Positions 1 to 10,454 are shown, counted from the first letter of the stretch. The stretch is DNA of 57,688 bases from Candidatus Ornithocaccomicrobium faecavium (GCA_018713425.1 DVOT01000246.1:1-57688); one strand, 5' to 3'. The notes: generated from the sequence alone by a model not told the origin. Program-made: numbers and translations.

Positions 1-442
1 CATTTGGTGGTCGGTGCCCATCGGCTGGTTTTTGGCCGATGTCACGGGCCTTTGCGCCTTGCGCCTGGTGAAGCGCGCTGGACTGGGACGTTGACAAGCT
101 GGTGGACGGGAGAGCAAGCTCTCCCGCCACTGCCATCCTCAATTCGCAATGGTCGTTCCGCGTCGTGCGCAAAGCGCACTAGCGGCCCTCACTTGCTCAT
201 TGGGCTTACTACGGCCTGTTTCCGCCACAGGCGGCGGCCTTCGTGCGCCCCTCTCCAGTTTCCGCTGAAATCCTACGGATTTCCGGGCGCGGAAACTGCA
301 AGGAAGCGTTTTTTGCTCTGGAAAATGGAATTTTCCTCCGCAAAAATCGCCCCGTCCCCGCCGTACACGCCGCCGGGGACGATTGAAACGCGAAAGGGCT
401 TCCGCCCTCTCGCGCTCTCCCATGGGTTCTTTGACAGTCTAC

Positions 443-473
443 GCGGGCTGCCCATGCGGCAGCCCGCATTTTT
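443..473 (+). terminator. intrinsic-terminator-like hairpin in the leader upstream of the YibE/F gene
   Basis: Perfect 10-bp stem gcgggctgcc/ggcagcccgc (443-452 / 458-467), 5-nt loop, then ATTTTT. Lies 50 nt before ATG 526. Confidence 0.55.
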
Positions 474-525
474 GAGAAAACAACGGCCAGCGGCCACTGG
501 CAGGCGCGCGGCCCAGGAGGAAGTT

Positions 526-1671
526 ATGAAAAAAGCCGGCAAGAAATCGACGCTGATCGCCTCCGGCGTGATGCTCGTGGTCTGCGCGCTGCTGTGCCTG
601 ATCCCAGACGCGTATACCAACCCCTCCTCGCTCATCCCGCGCGAACAGGTGCGTATCGAGAGCGTGGACAACACCCAGCTCGCCCCGCTGGGCATCGTGT
701 ATTCCGGTTCGCAAACCTGTGAAGTCACCGTGCTTTCCGGCGAATACGCCGGGGAAACCGCGCTCGCCAGCAACTATCAGAATTCCGCGCTGGACAAGGA
801 CAAGCTCTTCGAGCCGGGCGACACGGCCTACGCCATGGTGCAGATGGGCGCGAACGGCCTGATGGTCACGCTCATCGACCATTCCCGCACAGGCGCGGAG
901 CTGGGGATATTTGCCGCGCTGGCCCTCGCGCTGATCGCGGTGGGCGGCGCCGTGGGCTGCGGCGCGCTGGTTTCGCTGGTTTCCAGCGTGGTCATCGTAT
1001 GGAAACTGCTCATCCCCCTGCTGCTCGATGGTGTGAACCCCATCCTGGCTTCCTTCCTCACCGTGCTGGCGCTCACGGCGGTGATCGATCTGCTGGTGGC
1101 GGGCTGCACGCGCAAGTGCCTGGTGGCGCTCACCGGCTCTTTGCTGGGCACGCTGGTCACCTGCGTCCTCGCCTATGCGTTCACGAACCTGCTCAAGCTG
1201 GACGGCGGCGATACGCCCTACATCGTGCCGCTGCTGGCGCAGACTTCCATGACCATCGACCCCCGCGCGCTGTTCATCGGCATGGTCTTCATCGCCAACG
1301 CCGGCGCGCTGATGGATTTGAGCATGGACGTCGCCATCTCCTGTGAGGAAATCGTCTACCACCGCCCAGACATTTCCCGCGTGGAGTTGCTCAAAAGCGG
1401 CATTTCCATTGGCCGCGGCGTGCTGGGCACGCAGACCACCACGCTCATGCTCGCCTATTCAGGCAATTACCTCTCCATGCTGATGTACTTCGCCGGGCAG
1501 GGCACGCCCGTGATGGATATCCTCAACCTCAAATACGTTTCCAGCCAACTGATGAACACACTGGTGGGCAGCTTCGGGCTGGTGGTGGTCGCACCGCTCA
1601 CGGCAATCGCCGCGTCGATCCTGTTCACGCGGCGCGCAAAAGTTGCGCCAGCCGCCAGCGAAGCGCAATAG
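526..1671 (+). CDS. YibE/F family integral membrane protein
   Basis: ATG 526 preceded by AGGAGG (515-520). Polytopic membrane protein with YibE/F-like C-terminal half (ALMDLSMDVAIS, TLMLAYSG). The 5' part of ORF 4..1671 is not protein-like. Confidence 0.7.
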   Translation: MKKAGKKSTLIASGVMLVVCALLCLIPDAYTNPSSLIPREQVRIESVDNTQLAPLGIVYSGSQTCEVTVLSGEYAGETALASNYQNSALDKDKLFEPGDTAYAMVQMGANGLMVTLIDHSRTGAELGIFAALALALIAVGGAVGCGALVSLVSSVVIVWKLLIPLLLDGVNPILASFLTVLALTAVIDLLVAGCTRKCLVALTGSLLGTLVTCVLAYAFTNLLKLDGGDTPYIVPLLAQTSMTIDPRALFIGMVFIANAGALMDLSMDVAISCEEIVYHRPDISRVELLKSGISIGRGVLGTQTTTLMLAYSGNYLSMLMYFAGQGTPVMDILNLKYVSSQLMNTLVGSFGLVVVAPLTAIAASILFTRRAKVAPAASEAQ

Positions 1672-1810
1672 GCCGCCTGAACGCAGCAGCGCCAAAATCC
1701 GCAATACCAGGGATTTTGGCGCTGTTCTATGGGCTTTTGCCGCCGCGAAGCTTGAAAACCAGGCCCCTGTATGCTATACTGCCGCCAGCCACATGGAAGG
1801 GAGATGCATT

Positions 1811-2662
1811 ATGGACGAAGCATGGATGGAAGCACTGCGCGAACTGGGGCTGCAAAACTGCGCCTACACCCTCCTGCAGGAAAAGGACGGCATACGCGTC
1901 GCGCGGGTGTGGCGCCAGGGCGCGCCATACATTATAAAGTTTTTCCAGGCCGCGGATTTTCGCCGGGAAATCGCAAATTACCGGATTTTGGCTGCGCTGG
2001 GCGTGCCCACGCTGAAAGTCCATGCGCAAACGTCCTCCGCGCTGCTCCTGGAAGACGCCGCCCACAGCCCCTTATACCGGCTGGGAACGCCGGAGGATTT
2101 GCGCGATCCCACCGTCGCGCGGCGCATCGCGGACTGGTATCGCCTGCTCCACCAAAAAGGCTATGCCTACGTCGCGCGCCATGGCGCGGATCTATACGAT
2201 GAGACCAGCGTTTTCACCCGGGAAGCGATTGCGCAGATCCAGCAGAAAACCGGCACGCAGGGCGCGCCCGCCTGGAAAGCGCTGGAAGAACGCTTTGCGG
2301 ACATCGTCCAGTTGCTGCAAAGCGTTCCCCAAACGCTAACTTACAACGATTTCTATTTCACCAATCTGGCCGTCGCCAAAGACCTGTCTTCCGCCATGAT
2401 GTTCGATTACAACCTGCTGGGCAGGGGATATGCCTACGCGGATGTGCGCAATGTGACGGTTTCGCTGGAAGAAGAGGCCCGGCAGGCCTTTCTCGCGGCC
2501 TACGGCGCATTGAATCCCCTGGAGGCGCGGCTCGACCGCGTGGTATCCACCGTGGTTACGCTGCATTTTGCCTGCCAACGCAAAACCTTCCCCACCTGGG
2601 CCGCAGCCGAGCTGGAACGCGTTTCCACTTCGCTGGAAAGCGACGTTCTCGCCCTGTTCTAG
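1811..2662 (+). CDS. phosphotransferase enzyme family protein (APH/choline-kinase-like)
   Basis: ATG 1811 after GGAAGGGAG. Kinase-like fold cues: IIKFF lysine region and YNDFYFTNLAV catalytic-loop-like segment. Confidence 0.6.
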   Translation: MDEAWMEALRELGLQNCAYTLLQEKDGIRVARVWRQGAPYIIKFFQAADFRREIANYRILAALGVPTLKVHAQTSSALLLEDAAHSPLYRLGTPEDLRDPTVARRIADWYRLLHQKGYAYVARHGADLYDETSVFTREAIAQIQQKTGTQGAPAWKALEERFADIVQLLQSVPQTLTYNDFYFTNLAVAKDLSSAMMFDYNLLGRGYAYADVRNVTVSLEEEARQAFLAAYGALNPLEARLDRVVSTVVTLHFACQRKTFPTWAAAELERVSTSLESDVLALF

Positions 2663-3411
2663 GGTTTCACCGCGCGGGTCGCCCAGAAGGTGGGGATATT
2701 CAGTTCGTGCAACGGCCCCATGCCGTTGGTATCCTCATACACGTGCGTGAGCGCGAAGCCCGCTTCCAGTTGCCCGCCAATCTGCTCTTCCAGCGTGTGG
2801 GAAAACTGGATGCCATCGTCGTTTTTGAGCGACGCCTCATACAGCGCGGGGTCCTTCAGGGGATTGTATGGCAAACCGCGCTTCACCACGGTTTCATCGT
2901 CGTCAAACAGGTAATTGATGCCGTTATCCAGCCCGCAGAGCAGGACGCCGCCCTTTTTCAGCACCCGGAAGCATTCCCGGAAAATGGGCCTGACCTCCTC
3001 CACATAGCAATTGGACACCGGATGGAAGACGATGTCAAAGCTCGCGTCCGCAAACGGCAGGGGCCGGGTCATATCGCCCTCGATGATGCGCACGCTGTAG
3101 CCTTCCCGTTCGGCCACCATCCGGTCGCTCTCGCACTGGTTGTGCGAATAATCCAGCAGCGTGCAGCGCGCGCCCAGCGCGGCAAAAATAGGAATCTGCT
3201 GCCCGCCCCCGCTGGCAAGGCCCAGGATCTCTTTGCCCGCCAGTTCGCCAAACCATGCGTGCGGCACGGGCCGGGTGGGCGTGAGCAGCACGTCCCAATC
3301 GCCATTTTTCGCGCGCAGCCAGGTTTCGTGGGAGATGGGCTTTCCCCATTCCCAGCCCTCTTCACACCAGCGGCTGATCGCTTTCGCATTCACTTCCTGA
3401 TACCGTTCCAT
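2659..3411 (-). CDS. class I SAM-dependent methyltransferase
   Basis: ATG 3411 after GGGAGG. Motif I ILGLASGGGQQ, then LLDYS and FDIVFHP motifs. Confidence 0.8.
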   Translation of the reverse strand: MERYQEVNAKAISRWCEEGWEWGKPISHETWLRAKNGDWDVLLTPTRPVPHAWFGELAGKEILGLASGGGQQIPIFAALGARCTLLDYSHNQCESDRMVAEREGYSVRIIEGDMTRPLPFADASFDIVFHPVSNCYVEEVRPIFRECFRVLKKGGVLLCGLDNGINYLFDDDETVVKRGLPYNPLKDPALYEASLKNDDGIQFSHTLEEQIGGQLEAGFALTHVYEDTNGMGPLHELNIPTFWATRAVKP

Positions 3412-3432
3412 AGTAACCTCCCGCAAACATTT

Positions 3433-5028
3433 TTATGGTTCAGCATTGCTTGTCCTCGCGCCGCATTTGCCTTCCTCTTTGCCCGCAACGCGCTGAAAGG
3501 CCTCTTCCGCCGGCATGGGCATGGCGAAGAAATACCCCTGCAACAAATCGCAGCGGAGCGCCTGCAGCGCTTTCACCTGCCACTCATGTTCCACGCCCTC
3601 GGCGAGAATGGTGATACCCAGCCTATGTCCCGTGCGGATAATGCCTTCCGTAATCGCCTGGCCCTGTTCTGTGCCCATGTTTTCCACAAATTCCCGGTCG
3701 AGTTTCAAGCCATCCATGGGATATTCCTGCAAATCGCGGAACGCAGCATACCCCATGCCGAAATCATCGAACATGATCTGCACGCCCAATTCCCGCATGG
3801 CGAGGATATTCGCCCGCATCTGCGCCGCGTCTTCCGAACGAATTGTGCCGCTCTCCGTGATTTCAAAGATCAGTTCCCGGCGCGGAAAATCGTATCGTTC
3901 CAAGAGCGCGCGGCAGCGCTCCACCATCTTTTCCCCCGCAAACGTAAGGCGGGAGAGGTTGCAAGTGAGATAAAATTCTTCCTTGCCTGCCTCGTGCAGC
4001 CGCTGCAAGAGCGCGCACGCCTTCTCCAAATTGTACATATCCAACCGGCCGATTCTGTCTTCCCGTTCCAGGAGCGGAATATACCGGCCCGGGTTGAGCA
4101 AACCCTTGGCCGGATGCTGCCAGCGGGAAAGCGCCTCGCCGCCCACAAAGGAAAAGTCCTCCGCGTTCACAAAAAATTGCACATATAGCTGGAATTCCCC
4201 TTGTTCCAGTCCGCGCTCCAGGTCGCTGAGCAGCTCGCGCTCTTCTTCGCAGGCGTAGCACTTGTCCGCTCCGCAAACCCGGGCATACATCCCTTCATTT
4301 CCCGCGCGTATGGCGCACTGCCGCGCGTGGAACAGCGCGCCATTGCAATCGCAACAATCGCGCGAAGCGAGGGGAAACACGCCAATGGTGACATCGCGCC
4401 GGTTGAGCGGCGCGCCCGCGCACTCATAAGCGCGAATTTCATCCAACACATGCAACGCCCATTTGCGCGTGGAAAGCGGGCTTTTCCCCTGGCGCAGCAC
4501 AAAAACATCGCCCGTTTTGCTCAAGCCGATGTCCATATTCCCTACCGCGCGGCGGTGCAGCACATCCGCCACAAAGCGATGAAAGCGCAAGATTTCCCCC
4601 GGGCCGCCAATGCGCTCGATGTGCCCCAATATAAAGTGGAAACACACCACGCAATACGACGCGCGATTGTCCGCGCGCACTTTTGCCTCAAACCGGCGCC
4701 GGAACCCTTCCTGATTCAAAAAACCTGTGCGAACATCCGTATACAGCGCCCTGCGCAACGCGCGCCGGCTATTCCGCAGCCAGTAGACGGCGATGCCCAG
4801 CGCGACCAGCGCCGCCATAAGCGCTGCGCTCACGACCGCCAGCGCGGGAAAGGCGCTCGCACACGCCGCTGACTGGCTCTCCACCGGCGCCAAAATTGCC
4901 TCTTCCGCGGCAGCGGCAGGAGCCACCATGTCCGTCAGCCATTCCCACAGCGCGTTCCAACCCGCTCCCGGGCAATCTCCCTCCGCCGCCAAATCCGCGC
5001 AAAGGGTTTCCACCACAATCTTTTCCAT
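3433..5028 (-). CDS. membrane-anchored c-di-GMP phosphodiesterase (degenerate GGDEF + EAL domains)
   Basis: EAL-domain motifs ELIFEITES, DDFGMGYAAF, LKLDREF, EGVEHEWQ, QGYFF. The GGDEF position reads SKTGDVF (degenerate). One TM segment near the N-terminus. Confidence 0.8.
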   Translation of the reverse strand: MEKIVVETLCADLAAEGDCPGAGWNALWEWLTDMVAPAAAAEEAILAPVESQSAACASAFPALAVVSAALMAALVALGIAVYWLRNSRRALRRALYTDVRTGFLNQEGFRRRFEAKVRADNRASYCVVCFHFILGHIERIGGPGEILRFHRFVADVLHRRAVGNMDIGLSKTGDVFVLRQGKSPLSTRKWALHVLDEIRAYECAGAPLNRRDVTIGVFPLASRDCCDCNGALFHARQCAIRAGNEGMYARVCGADKCYACEEERELLSDLERGLEQGEFQLYVQFFVNAEDFSFVGGEALSRWQHPAKGLLNPGRYIPLLEREDRIGRLDMYNLEKACALLQRLHEAGKEEFYLTCNLSRLTFAGEKMVERCRALLERYDFPRRELIFEITESGTIRSEDAAQMRANILAMRELGVQIMFDDFGMGYAAFRDLQEYPMDGLKLDREFVENMGTEQGQAITEGIIRTGHRLGITILAEGVEHEWQVKALQALRCDLLQGYFFAMPMPAEEAFQRVAGKEEGKCGARTSNAEP

Positions 5029-5239
5029 CGTTTTTATCTATTTTGGTTTTTGTCTTTTCGCGCTTTTTGCGCACTACAAAGCATGGCACGCACCCTTTCT
5101 GTTCGCGCCACGCTTTCCCACTCCCCGCGCTCATAGCAGCACACGCCGCTCTTCCGCACGGGTTACATATAGTATATCACATTATAGAATTGCACGTAAC
5201 ATCAAACCCGTAAACATTCAATAAAAAGGGATAAAACGC

Positions 5240-6583
5240 TCAATCCGCCACATACCGGTTCTTGCCCTGCGCCTTGGCGGCATAGGCGCGCAGATCCGCC
5301 ACATGGGCCAAAGTGTTGTAATCCGTTCCTTCTTCCGGCGCAAAAGCCACGCCAATGCTGCAAGACATGGCATATTTGCCTTCTTCGCTCAGGCGCTCAA
5401 TGCATTCGCACAGCCGCCGCGCGCAATACACCGCCTGATCGCGGCTGTGCAGCTCCGGCAGAAAAACGACAAATTCATCGCCGCCCACGCGGCCGCACAA
5501 ATCTTTTTCCCAGAGCTGATTGCGCAACACCTGCGCCACGCTGCGCAAAAGATCGTCGCCCGCCTGGTGGCCCATCGTATCGTTCACGGTTTTAAAGTTG
5601 TCCAAATCGATAAAGAGCAGCGCGGCCGTTGCGCCCGCTTCCAGCGCGCGCGTAATGCGCTCATAAAGCGCGCCATAATTCAAAATGCCCGTGAGCGAAT
5701 CCCGCTCCGCCAGCAAAAGCGCCTCGCGAAGCGCTTCGCTACGCTGTTTGTTTTCATAATAAACGTCCGTCACGTCCGTGCGCACCAGCAGAATCATCTG
5801 CGCATCCCGGTCGTAATAGCGGTATTCCAGGCGCTTGCGCGTGTAACCACGGCCTTCCTCCATTACGCCCGCGGTAAAAGCATGCACGCCTTTTTTCTCC
5901 AATTGTTCCAACACGCGGCCGATGCGCATTTCCCGAATCGTCATCTCCTGATCTTCGGGTACCACAAAATTGCGCGCGTATTCCACCAACGCCGCGTCGT
6001 AATCATCGCACACCGTGGGCGGCAAAGGCGTGCCCGCCGTGTTGCCGCTGAACATCACATAGCTGTTTTTCCGAGCGTTGAGATAAATAAAATAATCGCA
6101 CGTGCTGTACACATACAGATCAATGATGCTACGCAGCAAATGTTCCTCATTGTTTTGCCGCACAAAAATGTAGGCGTATGCGCTGCCGTCTTCCCGCCGC
6201 CGGGCGCTCGCCGTGATTGTGAGCCAATTGGTAGTGACGCCCTTTTTATAAGACACGTCCAGCGAAAAGATGCCGTTCGCCGAATCCGCCGCGGCCAGCA
6301 GCGCCGTGGTGGAAAATTTTTCGCAAACTTTGTCGCGGCCTTCTTCGGTGAGGATGCGGCCATACTGGCGCAAATATTCTTCCCACCGCATGCTCGTGTT
6401 CGTTTTTTCCGGAAAATCGCGGCTTTGCAAAATGTATACGTCGTCCTGCACGAGATCCACCTGTAATACCGCGTAAAACATCTCGTTCAAGGCGCCAGTC
6501 AACTCATTGTGATGATCTCGTGCCGCTTTCTGTCCGTCCAACGCCTTCGCCGCTCCTTTCCCCGAAAAATTGTCCCTACACAA
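5240..6583 (-). CDS. diguanylate cyclase (GGDEF domain) with N-terminal sensor region
   Basis: GRVGGDEFVV active-site motif and DLDNFKTVND. Start uncertain: TTG at 6583, alternative ATG at 6481. Confidence 0.8.
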   Translation of the reverse strand: MCRDNFSGKGAAKALDGQKAARDHHNELTGALNEMFYAVLQVDLVQDDVYILQSRDFPEKTNTSMRWEEYLRQYGRILTEEGRDKVCEKFSTTALLAAADSANGIFSLDVSYKKGVTTNWLTITASARRREDGSAYAYIFVRQNNEEHLLRSIIDLYVYSTCDYFIYLNARKNSYVMFSGNTAGTPLPPTVCDDYDAALVEYARNFVVPEDQEMTIREMRIGRVLEQLEKKGVHAFTAGVMEEGRGYTRKRLEYRYYDRDAQMILLVRTDVTDVYYENKQRSEALREALLLAERDSLTGILNYGALYERITRALEAGATAALLFIDLDNFKTVNDTMGHQAGDDLLRSVAQVLRNQLWEKDLCGRVGGDEFVVFLPELHSRDQAVYCARRLCECIERLSEEGKYAMSCSIGVAFAPEEGTDYNTLAHVADLRAYAAKAQGKNRYVAD

Positions 6584-6927
6584 AAATCTATGCTACACCG
6601 TACAGTTCACATTATAAAGCGTATTTATTTTAACACAATGGCGAGTGGCTTGCAACAAAAAAAGCGATAAGTTTCTCACCGCCCAAGGCCAAATTCCCAT
6701 AATTTTCCAACGCTATATAGCGTCAATATCAACAATCCATATCACGCTATTCCAAAATTCAAACCAAAAAAAATAACATATTTTCAATTCAATTCCTTCG
6801 TGAATGTGCATTTTCTCTTTTTTGCCCAAAAATCTGCGAAATGCCATTCTTTCCCAAAGCTATGTTCGAAAGTCAAAACTGCAGCGCGAGAAAAGCCAAG
6901 CTATTATCCGCAATTTTTCCAAATCTG

Positions 6928-6956
6928 TTGACATATTCAGGGAAAAATGGTATGAT
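6928..6956 (+). promoter_or_regulatory. sigma-70-type promoter for the GH2 gene
   Basis: TTGACA (6928-6933), 17-nt spacer, TGgTATGAT extended -10 (6948-6956). Confidence 0.6.
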
Positions 6957-7005
6957 TTTTATGCGGAACTTTCACAATTCTTTGGCAAATCAGGAGGTTG
7001 AGGCG

Positions 7006-9246
7006 ATGCGAAACACAGTTGCTCTGGTATCGGCCCGCTTTGCCAAGCCCGGCCAACCATTTGAAAGCGTTGCGCTTCCACACACTTGGAACGCTCTGGA
7101 TGGGCAGGATGGCGGCATGGACTATTTCCGCGGCGCTTGCACCTATGAAATTGCCCTACCGCCGCCTACAGAAGGAAAGCGCCAATTCATTGAATTTGCG
7201 GCGGCAAATCACGAAGCGGAGGTCTTTCTCAATGGCGTGCGGCTGGGCGCGCACCGCGGCGGGTTTTCCACTTTCCGCTTCGAGCTCACGGCCCATATGC
7301 GGCGCGCAGACAATATGCTCACCGTGAAGGCGGACAACGACGCGCCCGATACCTATCCACAAAACGCAGATTTCACCTTTTTTGGCGGGCTCTACCGGCC
7401 CATATCCTTCATCGAAGTTGCGCCGGCACACTTCGATCTGCTAAAAAGCGGCAGCGCCGGCGTTTTTGTCACGCCTGTGGTCACGGGGCGTACGCGCGTC
7501 GACGCGTTCCCCGTGGATGCGGCGGGATGCACGGTGCGCGTGCGCCTGCGGGACGCGGCGGGAAACGAAGTCGCTACGGCGCAAGCTCCGGCGGAGCCGC
7601 ATACCGTGCTGGAAATGCTGGTGGAACGCCCCGCGCTGTGGAACGGCCCTGGCGCGGCGCGCCTGTACACGGCCTCCGTCAGCCTGGAAAAGGACGGCGT
7701 GACGCTGGATTGCGTAGAGCAACGGTACGGCTACCGGAGTTTCCACGTCGATCCCGAGCGCGGCTTTTTCCTCAATGGCGTCCGCCATCCGTTGCACGGC
7801 GTTTGCCGGCATCAGGACCGGCAGGATATGGGCTGGGCCATCGGCGAAAAAGAACACCGCGAAGATATGGCATGGATCCGCCGCATGGGCGCGAACAGCA
7901 TCCGGCTGGCGCATTACCAGCACAGCCAGGTGTTTTACGACCTGTGCGATGAAAGCGGCTTGGTCGTATGGGCGGAAATCCCCTATATCAGTCGTCATAT
8001 CCCCGGCGAAGTCGCGCGGGAAAACACGCTTTCCCAGATGCGCGAGCTGATTGCGCAAAACTATCACCATCCATCGATCTGCTTCTGGGGCATTGGCAAT
8101 GAGCTGACCATGGGCGGCGAGAGCGAAGAACTCTATCAGAATCTTTGCGCGCTCAACGCGCTGGCCAAGGAGCTGGATCCTTCGCGCCTGACCACGATGG
8201 CGCACCTGTCCATGGTGAAGCCCGAAAGCCCGCACAGCACCATCACGGACGTGCAGGCGTACAACATCTACCTAGGCTGGTACGGCGGCGAAATCGCCGA
8301 TAACGGGCCATTTCTCGACCATCTGCACCAGCGGCAGCCAGATCGCCCCATCGCTGTGAGCGAATACGGCGCGGACGCGCTCCTCTCCTGGCACAGCGCC
8401 GAACCCAAAAACCACGATTACACGGAGGAATACCAGGCGCTATACCACGAGGGCATGCTCAAGACCTTTGCCAGCCGTCCTTGGCTGTGGGCGACCTATG
8501 AATGGAATATGTTCGATTTCGCCGCTGACGCCCGGGATGAGGGCGGCTGCCGCGGGCGGAACAACAAGGGGCTCGTCACCTACGACCGCAAAACTTGCAA
8601 GGACGCCTTCTTTATCTACCAGGCCTACTGGACGCAGGAACCCATGGTGCGCCTGTGCGGTCGCCGGTTTGCCAAGCGCGCGCCCGGCCAACGGGATGTG
8701 AAAGTCTACAGCAATTGCGCCAGCGTGGCGCTTTGGCTCAATGGCGCGCCGCTCGCCACCCTGCAACCCGTGGATCATGTGTGCGTTTTCCGGAATGTGC
8801 CGCTGCAAAGCGGCGAAAACCAACTGGTCGCCATCGCGGACGGTGCGCGGGACGAAATGACGCTCTTCGGCGTAAACGAACCCTGCGCGGAATACGATTT
8901 GCCCGCAGACAGCATCGTGGCCGGGAACTGGTTCGATGAAGAATCCGGCGAACCGCTCGTTTTGCACTATCCCGCGGGGCGGTTCAGCATCCGCGATGCC
9001 CTGGGCGCGCTGATGGACGCGCCCGGCGGTGAAGCGATGCTTGAGGAAATCCGCGCCTTGATCGCGCCGCCCGCCAACGCGCCAAAGCGGCCCGGCTTTT
9101 CGGAAAAAGATTTGTGGAAAATGGTGCGCGGCATGAGCATTTTGCAAGTTATCCGCATGACCCGCGCAAAGATCACGCCCGCCCAACTCGTGGCCCTCAA
9201 CCAGCGGCTGAACGCGCTGGAAAAACCTGCGGCAGACGCGGAATAA
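7006..9246 (+). CDS. glycoside hydrolase family 2 protein (beta-galactosidase/glucuronidase-like)
   Basis: ATG 7006 after AGGAGG (6992-6997). GH2 motifs NSIRLAHYQHS, WGIGNELT (acid/base) and VSEYG (nucleophile). Confidence 0.85.
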   Translation: MRNTVALVSARFAKPGQPFESVALPHTWNALDGQDGGMDYFRGACTYEIALPPPTEGKRQFIEFAAANHEAEVFLNGVRLGAHRGGFSTFRFELTAHMRRADNMLTVKADNDAPDTYPQNADFTFFGGLYRPISFIEVAPAHFDLLKSGSAGVFVTPVVTGRTRVDAFPVDAAGCTVRVRLRDAAGNEVATAQAPAEPHTVLEMLVERPALWNGPGAARLYTASVSLEKDGVTLDCVEQRYGYRSFHVDPERGFFLNGVRHPLHGVCRHQDRQDMGWAIGEKEHREDMAWIRRMGANSIRLAHYQHSQVFYDLCDESGLVVWAEIPYISRHIPGEVARENTLSQMRELIAQNYHHPSICFWGIGNELTMGGESEELYQNLCALNALAKELDPSRLTTMAHLSMVKPESPHSTITDVQAYNIYLGWYGGEIADNGPFLDHLHQRQPDRPIAVSEYGADALLSWHSAEPKNHDYTEEYQALYHEGMLKTFASRPWLWATYEWNMFDFAADARDEGGCRGRNNKGLVTYDRKTCKDAFFIYQAYWTQEPMVRLCGRRFAKRAPGQRDVKVYSNCASVALWLNGAPLATLQPVDHVCVFRNVPLQSGENQLVAIADGARDEMTLFGVNEPCAEYDLPADSIVAGNWFDEESGEPLVLHYPAGRFSIRDALGALMDAPGGEAMLEEIRALIAPPANAPKRPGFSEKDLWKMVRGMSILQVIRMTRAKITPAQLVALNQRLNALEKPAADAE

Positions 9247-9260
9247 AAGAAGCGGAGCAA

Positions 9261-9294
9261 AAATCCCCGTTCGCCATGCGGCAAACGGGGATTT
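9261..9294. terminator. bidirectional terminator between convergent GH2 and rplL
   Basis: aaatccccgtt / aacggggattt 11-bp stem with a 12-nt loop, flanked by an A-run and a T-run. Confidence 0.6.
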
Positions 9295-9308
9295 GATACG
9301 CGCAAAAC

Positions 9309-9686
9309 TTACTTGATTTCGACAGTCGCGCCCACTTCGGCAAACTTCTTCTTGATTTCCTCGGCGGCTTCCTTGGTGACGCCTTCCTTGAGGGGCTTGG
9401 GAGCGTTGTCGACCAGTTCCTTGGCTTCCTTCAGGCCCAGGCCAGCGACGACTTCGCGCACGACCTTGATGACCTTGATCTTGTCCGCGCCGACTTCCTT
9501 GAGGATCACGTCGAACTCGGTCTTTTCTTCAGCGGGTTCAGCGGCGGCGGCAGCGGCGGGCGCGGCGGCCACGGCGACGGGCGCGGCGGCAGACACACCA
9601 AACTTCTCTTCCAGTTCCTTCACGAGCTCGGCGAGCTCCAGCACGGTCATCGACTCGATGGCAGCAATGATTTCAGCACGATCCAT
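9309..9686 (-). CDS. rplL: 50S ribosomal protein L7/L12
   Basis: ATG 9686 after GGAGGG. Sequence [31 protein letters not shown]...KEAKELVD...VEIK is unmistakable. Confidence 0.97.
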   Translation of the reverse strand: MDRAEIIAAIESMTVLELAELVKELEEKFGVSAAAPVAVAAAPAAAAAAEPAEEKTEFDVILKEVGADKIKVIKVVREVVAGLGLKEAKELVDNAPKPLKEGVTKEAAEEIKKKFAEVGATVEIK

Positions 9687-9755
9687 GGTATTACCCTCCA
9701 TATTATTCATTGTTCATTTTGTTTTGAGAATGTTTTGGCAATCACGCGGCGCGAA

Positions 9756-10286
9756 TTATTCTTCGCCGCCCTTTTGCTTCCTCACCGCTTCGATCGCGTA
9801 CACCAGCGAACGCAGCGTTGCAGACAGCACGCCCACAAAGTTCGTGATCGGCGCATTCAGGCTGCCCATCATCTTCGCGATGAGGACCTCCTTCGGCGGC
9901 AGATCGGCCAGCGCCTGCGCGCCCGCCGCATCCAGCGTCTGCTTGTCGATCACGGCGCACTTGAGTTCCATCTTCTTGGTCTTCTTGATGAAGTCCGAGA
10001 GGATCTTGGCCGGGGACGCGGGATCCTTGTGGCCAAACGCCACGGCGGTGGGGCCCTTCAGGTAAGAATCCAGACCTTCGATGCCCAGTTCCTTCGCGGC
10101 CAGCTCGATCATGGTGTTCTTCAGAACCACATACTCAACGCCCGCCTTGCGGCACTCGTTGCGCAGCTCCGTAACTTCCGCCACCGTCAATCCGCGATAA
10201 TCGACAAACACTGCGGAATGCGCAGATTCAAACTTCTCTTTGATTTGCGCAACGATGACTTTCTTTTGCTCAAAATTGTTGGACAT
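9756..10286 (-). CDS. rplJ: 50S ribosomal protein L10
   Basis: ATG 10286 after AGGAGG. KVIVAQIKEKF...VFVDYRGLTVAEVTELR is typical of L10. Lies immediately upstream of rplL. Confidence 0.95.
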   Translation of the reverse strand: MSNNFEQKKVIVAQIKEKFESAHSAVFVDYRGLTVAEVTELRNECRKAGVEYVVLKNTMIELAAKELGIEGLDSYLKGPTAVAFGHKDPASPAKILSDFIKKTKKMELKCAVIDKQTLDAAGAQALADLPPKEVLIAKMMGSLNAPITNFVGVLSATLRSLVYAIEAVRKQKGGEE

Positions 10287-10448
10287 GGTTATAAGCACCT
10301 CCTTGCCGTCCAGCTTAACGGCATATAAAACGCCCTGCGCATGGCGCAAGGCGATGAAACAATCCAAGACCTTAACGCCTCGGCGGGCAGCCCACAGGCT
10401 TTACGCGCATCCGCGCCCGCTGTCTATGGCACAGTGTTTTACAGCACG
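10287..10448 (-). promoter_or_regulatory. rplJ 5' UTR, probable L10-leader autoregulatory RNA
   Basis: ~160-nt GC-rich structured leader between the promoter and the rplJ RBS. Position matches the Firmicute L10 leader. The fold was not verified. Confidence 0.45.
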
Positions 10449-10454
10449 AAATGT

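Noticed and set aside
330-420. Possible c-di-GMP riboswitch (ACGCGAAAGGGC resembles the ACGCAAAGCC of GEMM-I), given the nearby c-di-GMP enzymes
   Set aside because: There is only one short, loose similarity. The paired GGCAAAC-type motif and overall architecture are not evident, and the c-di-GMP genes are not adjacent to it.
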